Positions 45,386 to 54,200 of a stretch of DNA of 64,000 bases are shown in pieces. The notes under the pieces are model-generated. The model was given only the letters and a program-made list of their open reading frames with translations, searched no databases and was not told the origin of the DNA. A program made the translations under genes and the position numbers. The DNA lies in the IMG/VR virus record IMGVR_UViG_3300002773_000047; one strand, written 5' to 3'. The stretch is from an uncultured virus (IMG/VR IMGVR_UViG_3300002773_000047) (Duplodnaviria > Heunggongvirae > Uroviricota > Caudoviricetes). The stretch's first letter is position 1; each line of letters begins with the position of its first letter.

Positions 45386-46526
45386 CTACCGCGACGACGT
45401 TCAAGAAACCGCTGTTGCCAGCAGCTCCGTATGGCTCGGGCTGACCAGCGTGACCGAGGAAATCGCGCGCGCGTCGAGTGCGCTGCTGTTCGGGCTCATG
45501 GTGCTGCACGCCGACGCGGCCGTGGTCAGCGATGCCGTATTCGACCGGCCCGGCGGCATCGTCATCGAGCAGGCGCTGGCCAGCGATCAGGTCATCGACG
45601 CTCGAACCAGCCACGAGCTTGTTGCCGAGCATGCCGCCGCTTCCGATCAGGCACTGGGCCGCCTGCGCGTGCTCCATGCCGATGGCGCGCAGGCCAGCGA
45701 CCAGGTGATCGACCGCGTGCGTTCGGTAGTGGTCGAGTCGGCGATCGCGAGCGACCTGGTGCTGGCACAGCGCAAAGCCCGCAGCATGGTGGTGGAGTCG
45801 GCCCGCGTCAGCGATTCGGCCCCCAGCTTTGCTTCGTCGGTGGTGCAGGAGGCCGCGCAGGCCTTGGACTTCACCACGGGCAACCTGCATGCAGCGGACA
45901 TGCCGGCGGCGGTGGCGACAGCCTCGGATGAGGTGATCGACACGCGGCAGGCTGCCGCTCCGGTGGTCGAGGTGGCTCATGCCAGCGACGAGGCGTTCGG
46001 CCGGCTCCATGCCGTTGACCTGGTGCGCGACAGCGCGATGGCCGAAGACCAGATGGTCGGCGAGCCCGTGCGCGCGCAGGCTTGGACGGCGAACACCGAG
46101 TCGTGGGCCATGTCGCGCCACGACCCGGTGCCGTTCACATCGCTGGTGGTGATCGACGGCGCCTTGTACGGCCTGGCCGAGGACGGCGTATACGCGCTGG
46201 ACACACGAACCACCCAGGCAGCCGCCATCCGCACGGCGCCGGTGGATCTCGGGCAGGGAATGCTGGTGCACCCGCTGCAGGCCTTCCTGGAGTACGAGCT
46301 GGATGGCACCGCAACGATGGACGTGACCACCACGCAGCAGGGCGTGGCCGAAACCTACAGCTATCCGCTTGAACCGGAGCCAGCTGGCGAGCTCACGAAC
46401 GGCCGATTCATCTTCGGCCGCGGGCTGCGCGGCAGGCACTTCAGCTTCACTCTTCGCCTGGACGCGAAGCGTGGCGAGATCAACGACTTGAGCGTCAATG
46501 CGGCGCCGACGAAAAGGAGAGTGTGA
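45378..46526 (+). CDS. Virion protein with A.ASD repeats
   Basis: Repeated (E/D).A.ASD.V; C-terminal GRGLRGRHF. Confidence 0.7.
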   Translation: MSSYRDDVQETAVASSSVWLGLTSVTEEIARASSALLFGLMVLHADAAVVSDAVFDRPGGIVIEQALASDQVIDARTSHELVAEHAAASDQALGRLRVLHADGAQASDQVIDRVRSVVVESAIASDLVLAQRKARSMVVESARVSDSAPSFASSVVQEAAQALDFTTGNLHAADMPAAVATASDEVIDTRQAAAPVVEVAHASDEAFGRLHAVDLVRDSAMAEDQMVGEPVRAQAWTANTESWAMSRHDPVPFTSLVVIDGALYGLAEDGVYALDTRTTQAAAIRTAPVDLGQGMLVHPLQAFLEYELDGTATMDVTTTQQGVAETYSYPLEPEPAGELTNGRFIFGRGLRGRHFSFTLRLDAKRGEINDLSVNAAPTKRRV

Positions 46527-48418
46527 TGGGCATTCAACCCGACAGCATCCTCGGTGTGGCGGTAGAAACCGTCACGGACAAGATGGCGCACTTGGAGGTG
46601 CTCGCCGATCGCTACAACGCGCTGCTGAGCAGCGCGCTCGCGCAGATTGGCTCTGTGCAGGTGGCCGACGTGCCCGCGCCCACCCGACCGGTGGCGCCGG
46701 TTGCCAACCCGCCCGCGATCAACCTGGGCGACGCGCCAGGCTACTCGCCGCCCAATCTGACCATGCCGTCGTCACCGGCGGACATTGACATCGACGCGCT
46801 GCTGACCGGCCTGGACCTGGGCGACCTCGGCGACTTGCCCGACCCGCCGACCGCGATCCCGATCAACATCCCCGACGCGCCGGGCATGGCGGACATCCCA
46901 GCGCCCCAGCGCCCGCAGATCGACACCACGGTGGACTTGCCGGCCGCGCCGAGCATCGTGATGCCGGAGATGGAGGCGCTCGAGCGCATCACCCTGCCGG
47001 TGTTCGAGTTTCCGCAGCTGCCGACTTTCGACGCCACGCCGCCCAACGCCGACGGCATCACGGTGCCGAACGTCTTCATCAACTGGGCCGAGCCGGTCTA
47101 CGAGTCTGAGGTGCTCGATGAGCTGCAGGCCAAGGTGAAGGGCATGATGGCCGGCGGTACTGGGCTGCCGCCAGCCATCGAAGATGCTCTGTTCGCCAGA
47201 GCGCGCGAGCGCGACAGCGCGGAAACCGAGCGCGCGGTTCAGGAGGCCGTGGACACCTGGGCGGCGCGCGGCTTCTCCATGCCGCCGGGCATGCTGGCGA
47301 AGCAGACAGCCGTGGTCCGCGAGCAGGGGCGGCTGAAGGCGGTCGAGCTGAATCGCGACATCCTGATCCAGGCCGCGCAGTGGGAGATCGAGAACATCCG
47401 CTTTGCTGTGCAGCAGGGGATGGCACTCGAGCAGCTGACCACCAATCTCTACGAGAACATGGCGAAGCGCCTCTTCGAGGTGGCGCGCTTCCAGGCGGAG
47501 AGCCAGATCAACGTCTTCAACGCGCGCATCGCGCTGTTCAACTCGCAAAACGCGGCCTTCGAGACGCTGGCGCAGGTGTACCGCACGCGGCTGGACGCGG
47601 CGCTGTCGAAGCTGACCGCCTACAAAACGGCCGTGGAAGGGCAGGTCGCGCTGGGCCAGATCAACCAGCAGCGCGTCGAGGTGTTCAAGGCCAAGATCGA
47701 GGCCGTGCAGTCGAACGTCGAGGTCTACAAGGCCCTCATGCAGGGCGCATCAGTGCGCGCTGACACGATCAAAGCGCAGTTCGACGCCTACCGGGCCGAC
47801 GTGCAGGCTTTCGCCGAGCAGGTCGGCGCGGAGAAGGTGAAGTTCGATGCCTATGAGTCCCGCGTGAAGGGCGAGGCGGCCAAGGCTGGCGTGCTGGAGT
47901 CGCAGTCCCGCGCCTACGCCGCTACGGTGCAGGCGGTGACCAACAAGGCGGAAATCAAGGTCAAGGGCGCGCAGATCAAGATGGAGGCTGCGCGCACGAA
48001 GGTGTCAAAGTTCCTGGCCGATGTGGACGCCTTCAAGGCGCGCATCGACGCGAGCCTTCGCGAAGTGCAGTACAGCACGCAGGTCTACCAGGCGCAGGTC
48101 GAGGGCTGGCGCGCGAAATCGAATGCGGTGGTGGCTGACGCCGAGATGCAGTCGCGCTTCGCCGACATGAATACCCGGACCAACATCGCCTACGCGCAGA
48201 TGCAGATTAGCGAGTACACCGCCCGCATGCAGAACGCGGTGCAGCAAGCTCAGATCGCGCTGGAAGCCGCCAAGGCGCTGGGCCAGTACACCGCGCAGCT
48301 CGCGGCGGGTGCGATGTCGGCGATGCATGTGTCCGCAGGCATCACTGGGCAGGGATCGGCGTCGACGCAGGAAAACAAGAGCACCAGCACCCAGACCAGC
48401 TACAACTACAGCTACTGA
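46526..48418 (+). CDS. Proline-rich / coiled-coil virion (ejection-type) protein
   Basis: AAAAGGAG SD; Pro-rich N-terminus, AARGF..PPG, long helical C-terminus. Confidence 0.7.
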   Translation: MGIQPDSILGVAVETVTDKMAHLEVLADRYNALLSSALAQIGSVQVADVPAPTRPVAPVANPPAINLGDAPGYSPPNLTMPSSPADIDIDALLTGLDLGDLGDLPDPPTAIPINIPDAPGMADIPAPQRPQIDTTVDLPAAPSIVMPEMEALERITLPVFEFPQLPTFDATPPNADGITVPNVFINWAEPVYESEVLDELQAKVKGMMAGGTGLPPAIEDALFARARERDSAETERAVQEAVDTWAARGFSMPPGMLAKQTAVVREQGRLKAVELNRDILIQAAQWEIENIRFAVQQGMALEQLTTNLYENMAKRLFEVARFQAESQINVFNARIALFNSQNAAFETLAQVYRTRLDAALSKLTAYKTAVEGQVALGQINQQRVEVFKAKIEAVQSNVEVYKALMQGASVRADTIKAQFDAYRADVQAFAEQVGAEKVKFDAYESRVKGEAAKAGVLESQSRAYAATVQAVTNKAEIKVKGAQIKMEAARTKVSKFLADVDAFKARIDASLREVQYSTQVYQAQVEGWRAKSNAVVADAEMQSRFADMNTRTNIAYAQMQISEYTARMQNAVQQAQIALEAAKALGQYTAQLAAGAMSAMHVSAGITGQGSASTQENKSTSTQTSYNYSY

Positions 48419-48425
48419 CCTGAAT

Positions 48426-49094
48426 TCAGGGGCACTGGAGTCGATCCCCGATCTTCTGGCAAACGCGGCCACTCGGGTCCGTGAAGTAGGGGGAATTCCC
48501 CTGCTGCCAATTGATGCCCCCTTGGTTGTCGTAACACGCTCCGCCGCGGCAGTCAGTGATGATGCGCGGCGCTTCGGGCGGCTGGGTGTTGGGAGTGGGG
48601 TGCGGCGGGCTAGGCGTGCGGTCAGCCACCGCTCGCGCGCGAGTCGCAGCAATGTTCGTTCCGCACGCGGCATCAACTTTCAGTTCTGCGGACCTCACAG
48701 GAGCCGAGGCAGGGCCCGGGTGATTTCCGCGAGCAACCTCCAACTTCACCTTGCTCGTGGCAAGGTCAAGGTCGCGCTGCGCCGCGCGGCACTTTGCCTC
48801 GTCGACGGCGGCACCCGGGCCACCAGCTGTGCGGCCGCCGCTGCCTCCGATGATTGTTGCTCCCGGTGCTGGTTGATCGCGTCGCTGATCGTCGTCACGC
48901 ATCCGCGCGGCGGTATTGCGCTCTGTTGATGCGTCGAGCACGTTGGCCGTGGTGTTCACGCGCGAATCGGCGGCGCCGGCCGGACAGGGGCCGTCACCGT
49001 ATGTGACCTTCCCGTTCGGCAGGGTGCACTTCGTGACCTGCGCTGAAGCACAGCATGAGGCCAGGACCAGGGCCAAAAAGACGAACCGTTTCAT
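48426..49094 (-). CDS. Secreted DUF4124-like protein (antisense moron)
   Basis: Signal peptide, then AQV.KC....GKVTY.D.PC; GGAGG SD. Confidence 0.75.
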   Translation of the reverse strand: MKRFVFLALVLASCCASAQVTKCTLPNGKVTYGDGPCPAGAADSRVNTTANVLDASTERNTAARMRDDDQRRDQPAPGATIIGGSGGRTAGGPGAAVDEAKCRAAQRDLDLATSKVKLEVARGNHPGPASAPVRSAELKVDAACGTNIAATRARAVADRTPSPPHPTPNTQPPEAPRIITDCRGGACYDNQGGINWQQGNSPYFTDPSGRVCQKIGDRLQCP

Positions 49095-49131
49095 GTCGCC
49101 CACCTCCAATTTTTGCGAAATGTTACTCGCA

Positions 49132-49172
49132 CCCCCGTGGGGTTCGACTGGCGCGCCGGCTCTCCGAAAAAT
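49132..49172 (+). promoter_or_regulatory. Late-promoter motif copy 4
   Basis: CCCCCGTGGGGT-TCGACT-N17-AAAAAT. Confidence 0.6.
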
Positions 49173-49201
49173 GGCGCGCATCGAGATCGAGAGGTAGACC
49201 C

Positions 49202-51220
49202 ATGCACGGCTTCAAACCCGCCCCCAAGCGCGCCCATGCGCAACACCTTGCCGAGGGAGGCCTTGTGCGCGGCTTGGTGCGCAAAGTGATGGGCATTCCC
49301 GAGCCCTCAGACACGGGCGCCGCGGCGCCGGCGGCCACACCAGCTGCGCCGCCTCCCGCGCCAGCGCCGGCCCCCGAGAAGGCGATCACCCAGTACGCGG
49401 GCATGGGCGCCACCGAGCGTCGCATGAAGGCCATGGGCCTGAAAGACGGTGGGCCGGTGCGTGGGCCAGGCACCGGCACCTCCGACAGCATCGAAACCGA
49501 GGTTCGACCGGGCAGCTACATCATGCCGGCGGACTCCACCGAGCAGCTTGGCGAGGACGGCGTGGCCGCATTGGGCTTCAGCCCGGAGAAGGTGCCGGTG
49601 AACCTGAGCAACGGCGAATACCAACTGCCGCCCGAGCAGGTACATGCTGTCGGCGTGGAGGCGCTCGACGCGATCAAGGACGCTACCCATGCATCGGCCC
49701 CAGGCCCGCGCGGTTTCGCGCCGAGCGCGGCCGAACCGCCGGTATTCTTCGCCGACGGTGGGCTGGTTGATGAAGATCCCCGTAAGGCGCGCAACCCGCC
49801 ATCCGCTGCTTCACTGGATGTCAGCGCCAGCATCCCTGCGCCCTTGCCGATGCTGACGGCCTCGCTGCCGCCCAGTCCGCAGGCGCTGCAGCTGGCCGCC
49901 AACGAGAGGGCTGCAGCCACGCCCGCACCGGCGCCCTCATCGCAGACGAGCCCACTGGCCCAGACCCAAGGGGCTGCATTCGGCGTATTCAGGCGTGAGC
50001 CGACGGCGGGGACGCGAGGCGGCATGATGCAGCCCTACGTTGCAACCGGCCCCGCGTCGTTCGAGCCAGCAAAGGTGCAGGAGGGCACAGGACGGCTCGA
50101 TGCATTCAACGATCCGCGCTCGACGTTGTTCAAGGGCGAGGCTGATGCGGCACCTGCGCCGACCAGCCGGGGATTCGCCGGTGTGGGCGAAGGCTGGGGC
50201 AGTGGCGCGAAGCCTGTGGCAACGACCGTCGCCCCGGCAGCGGCGCCTGCAGTACGCCCGACTGCCGCGCCTGTAGCTGCGCCGATCGCACCTGCTATCT
50301 CGAACGATGCGCCCGCGAGCGCGGCGGCAACGGCCGCGAGCCAGGTCATGCCGGGCGTGTTCAGGCAGGGCAACAGCTACGGCGACTCGCCGGCCGCTGC
50401 CGCGGCGGGCTTCGCGCCACGCTCGGCGCCGAGCGCGCAGAACATGGCTGCGGCCGACGCGCTCGAGGCGCGTGGCATCGCAGAGCGAGCCGGTGAGCGG
50501 GCTGCTGTAGCTGGAGGCTCGGCAGCTGGGTTCGCACCTGGTAACGGCCTGACGGTGATCGGAGACGACACCCACGCGGATCGTGTGCGCCGGAGCGCGT
50601 TCGGCGCGGCGAGCACGCCGTACCGAGGATCGCCAAACGGACAGCTCACAGCCAACCAGGTGCGTGTGCTGGCCGGCATGGACGAGGCAAACGGTCGAAA
50701 CGCGCTCCAGCGCGACACCACCGCCGCGAACAATGCCGCTTCGCTGGAGCGCGAAGCGATCCAGCAGGCTGGCGCATCCGGCCGGACAGCGGTGCAGGAG
50801 GCGGGCGCCAATGTTCGCGCGGGCGCTACCAACGATGTGCAGCGTGGCGAACTGGCCCTGCGGCAGGAGGCACAGGGGTTTCAAACTCGCGGCGCCCAGC
50901 GCGTGGAGAAGCTGTACGAGCAGTACGAGAAGGCCAAGCCCGAGGAGCGGGCGGCCATCGCAGAGCAGATCCGCACGATGACGGGCAAGGAGCACCCGAG
51001 CCGCTTCACCGTGGTGCCCGGCGGGCAGGAAATCGACCCGACCACCCAGCAATCCGTCACGAGGCCGGCGCGCGTCTTCAACAACCAGACCGGACAGTTC
51101 GTCGAGCAGGGTCAGGCGCCGCGAGCAGGCCTCCCTCCGGGGATGACCCGACAGGTTGGCACGTCCAACGGGAAGCCGGTCTACGAGGATGCACAGGGCA
51201 AACGGTTCATCGGCGGCTGA
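49202..51220 (+). CDS. Internal virion / ejection protein
   Basis: GAGG SD; DGG.V.GPGTGTSDSI, LSNGEY, three (A/K)(E/D)GG motifs; Ala/Pro-rich. Confidence 0.7.
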   Translation: MHGFKPAPKRAHAQHLAEGGLVRGLVRKVMGIPEPSDTGAAAPAATPAAPPPAPAPAPEKAITQYAGMGATERRMKAMGLKDGGPVRGPGTGTSDSIETEVRPGSYIMPADSTEQLGEDGVAALGFSPEKVPVNLSNGEYQLPPEQVHAVGVEALDAIKDATHASAPGPRGFAPSAAEPPVFFADGGLVDEDPRKARNPPSAASLDVSASIPAPLPMLTASLPPSPQALQLAANERAAATPAPAPSSQTSPLAQTQGAAFGVFRREPTAGTRGGMMQPYVATGPASFEPAKVQEGTGRLDAFNDPRSTLFKGEADAAPAPTSRGFAGVGEGWGSGAKPVATTVAPAAAPAVRPTAAPVAAPIAPAISNDAPASAAATAASQVMPGVFRQGNSYGDSPAAAAAGFAPRSAPSAQNMAAADALEARGIAERAGERAAVAGGSAAGFAPGNGLTVIGDDTHADRVRRSAFGAASTPYRGSPNGQLTANQVRVLAGMDEANGRNALQRDTTAANNAASLEREAIQQAGASGRTAVQEAGANVRAGATNDVQRGELALRQEAQGFQTRGAQRVEKLYEQYEKAKPEERAAIAEQIRTMTGKEHPSRFTVVPGGQEIDPTTQQSVTRPARVFNNQTGQFVEQGQAPRAGLPPGMTRQVGTSNGKPVYEDAQGKRFIGG

Positions 51221-51242
51221 TGACAGGGCGCTGCAGAGCGCT

Positions 51243-51283
51243 CCCCTGTAGGGTTCGACGCACAGAGCGCCCGTCGGAAGACT
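51243..51283 (+). promoter_or_regulatory. Late-promoter motif copy 5
   Basis: CCCCTGTAGGGT-TCGACG-N17-AAGACT. Confidence 0.7.
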
Positions 51284-51289
51284 GGCGCA

Positions 51290-54200
51290 ATGGCTGGCGA
51301 AACTCTCAAGCCCTTCGACGGGCAACTCGATACCACACCGCACAACCTCACCCCGTTCGCGGGTGAGCTCGATCCGCCCGATGCAAAGCGCACCGTGCTC
51401 GGCACCGCAAAGGATGTCGGGGTCACGGCGCTGAAGGGCGCGGTCGGCTTGCCGCAGAGCTTCGTCGGCCTGGCCGACATCGTGACGGGTGGCCGCGCTG
51501 GCAAAGCTCTGGAGCAGGCTGGAGTCGGCTTCGAGGAGACACAGAAGTTCCTCGACGACCAGTACTCCGACGCACAGAAGGCCGCCAATCGCAAGGTGCA
51601 GGCAGCCGATGGCTTCGTCGATACGGCCAAGACCATGCTGGAGAACCCCAGCACCATCGCTACCAGCGTGGGCGAGTCGATCCCGCAGATGCTCGGCGGC
51701 GCAGGTGTGGCGCGCGGTCTGCTCAAGGTCGCACCCAAGGTGGCGCCTGCCATCGCTGGTGCCATCGGCGAGGGCGTGCTGGGCGCCGGCTCGCAAGCAG
51801 AGCAGATCCGCCAAGAGACGCAAGACGGGTTGCTCACGCCGAAACAGGCGGCCTTGTCCGCCGCGACCGGCGCTGCGACTGCCGGCTTCGGTGCGCTCGG
51901 CGGCCGGCTCGCGCAGCGGCTCGGTATCGGTGACGCCGACACGATGCTGGCGCAGGGTGCAATCCATGGCGCCGGGCCGGCTTCTCAGCGCTCACTCGCG
52001 CGCCAGGTCGGCGCAGGCATCCTGTCCGAGGGCGTGCTCGAAGAGCTGCCGCAGTCGATGTCCGAGCAGGCGCTGCAGAACCTCGCGCTGGACAAGCCCG
52101 TCGGAGAAGGTGTCGGCAAGGCCGCCGCCGCCGGGTTGCTCGCAGGCGGTGCCATGGGCGGCGGTGCCGCGCTGTTGCACGGCGCGACTGGTCAGCATGC
52201 CCCGAATCGGGCGGAGCCCGGTAGCGCGGAGCGCGTGCCCGGCGAGCAGCTCTCGCTGTTGCCGGTGGACGAAGCTCCGGCAGCCGCGGCGGCGAACGAG
52301 CTGCCCGCCGTTGCGGGCGGCCTGGCCAGCGTGCAGCGCACCTTCGATCCGCGCGACCCGGCCAGCCGGCCGCCGCTGGATGTGATGCCCACGGCCCCCA
52401 CCGATGGAGTGGAGTTCGAGGCGGCGCCACAGGGCGCACGCGAGTTCAGCACGGGCAACCTTTCGCTCGCTGATGAAGCGCAGCCCGTGCGCCCCTCCGA
52501 AAAGATGGGGCTGGACCCTGCTGCAGGCCCGCTGTCCACTGCCGCCGCGATGGCGGTGGATGGTGGCGCGCACGACGTGATGAACGCGGCCGCTCAACTC
52601 GCCGCTCAGACCGAAGCCGCCGACGGCAAGGGCACGAAGCCGGCAGCAGCTTCTCCGGCACCCGCCAGTGTGCCGATGGCGAACGTCAACGCCGAAACCG
52701 GCGAGATCTCCGGACAACCGCAAGACCGAGAGGCCGAACTGCGGGCACGCCTGGAGTTCGTGCGCCAACAGGCCGCGTCGAACGGCTGGGACCAGCGCCT
52801 GATCGCCGAGCGCGACAGCGCGCGAGCTGAACTGGCCGCACTTGCGCCCGCTGCCGCAGCGCCGACCAGCGTGCAGGAGGGCATCGCTCAAGCGCGCGCC
52901 CGCCGCGCAGCGCCCGAATCCGCACCGCAACCCAAAGGAGAAGCCCTTGGCACTCAAGCCGACCAAGCCCAGCAAGCAGGCACGCAACAAGCGCCGGCAG
53001 GAACAGAAGCGCCAGCAGCTGAGCCAATCGCGTCCGCCACAACGCTGACGCCCGCGCCGGCAGCACCGGCTGTATCGAACGCGAAGCGCGAGAAGGCGGT
53101 GCGCCGCGTGGAAGAAGGGCGCGCATGGTTCTTGTCCCGCGACAAGGCGCTGTCCTTCGTGGACACGTCGGGCCTCGCGGACACGCACGAAGTGGTGCCG
53201 GACAACCGCCGTTTCGTTGTGCAGGCCAAGGCCGAACAGCCGGCACAGGATGCGCAGCCGCAAACCGCTGCGCCGGCCGATCAGCTGGCGGACTTGCGCC
53301 GCCGACGCGCCGAGGCCGAGCCGGGCACGCCCCTGCGCCGCGACATCGATAACGACATCGCGGCGTTGGAGCGCGAACAGCAGCAAGCAGTTCGCCGGCC
53401 TGAAGCGGTAGCGCCGGTGGATGCTGCGGCGAACGAAGCCGCCACCAGCCCGCAGAACGACCTGCCCGAGCCTAGTCAGGCCCAGAAAGAGGCGGGCAAC
53501 TACAAGATGGGCCACCTGTCCGGTGACGAGGTACAGGGCCTGCGCATCAGCGTGGAGAACCCGCACGGCAGCACGCGCAGCGGCACCTCGCCGGACGGGA
53601 CCGAGTGGAGCAACACGATGGCCGCACACTACGGCTACGTGAAGGGCTCCGAGGCAGCAGACGGCGACCACGTGGATGTGTTCGTCGGGCCGGCAGCCGC
53701 GACAGCACCGACGGTCTACGTGGTGGACCAGATCAACGCGGATGGCTCCTACGACGAGGCCAAGGCGCTGATGGGGTTCAACAGCGAAGCCGAGGCCTTG
53801 GCCGCCTACAAGGGGAGCTACAACAAGGGCTGGAAGGTCGGTCCGGTCACCGCGATGTCGATGGACGACTTCAAGGCTGCGCTCGCGGACGGGCGCCTGA
53901 AGAAGCCGCTCTCGCCCACATTGAGCGAGCCCGTGCGCGAATCCTCGCCCGCTCCAGCAGCGCAGCGCGCTACGACGATGGAGACGGCGCGCACCGCGCT
54001 GGCTTCGTACTTCGATTGGTATCTCAGCCGCAATCCGAAGGCATCCCGCCCGATGGGCGGGATCTATCAGGGCAACAGCTTCACGCTCGACGCCGGCGGC
54101 GCGCCATTCACGAAGGCGGGCCAGGTACAGGTGAACGGCTTTAAGGAACTGACCTTCAACTACACGGCCGCGTGGAAAGAGGCTCAGTCGCGCGCCGCCG

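Noticed and set aside
35583..48418. Diversity-generating retroelement at tail genes
   Set aside because: No reverse transcriptase and no TR/VR repeat pair noticed
49202..51220. Tape-measure call from the GPGTGTSDSI/LSNGEY motif
   Set aside because: No tail tube or chaperone genes and no long helical repeats; context favours an ejection protein
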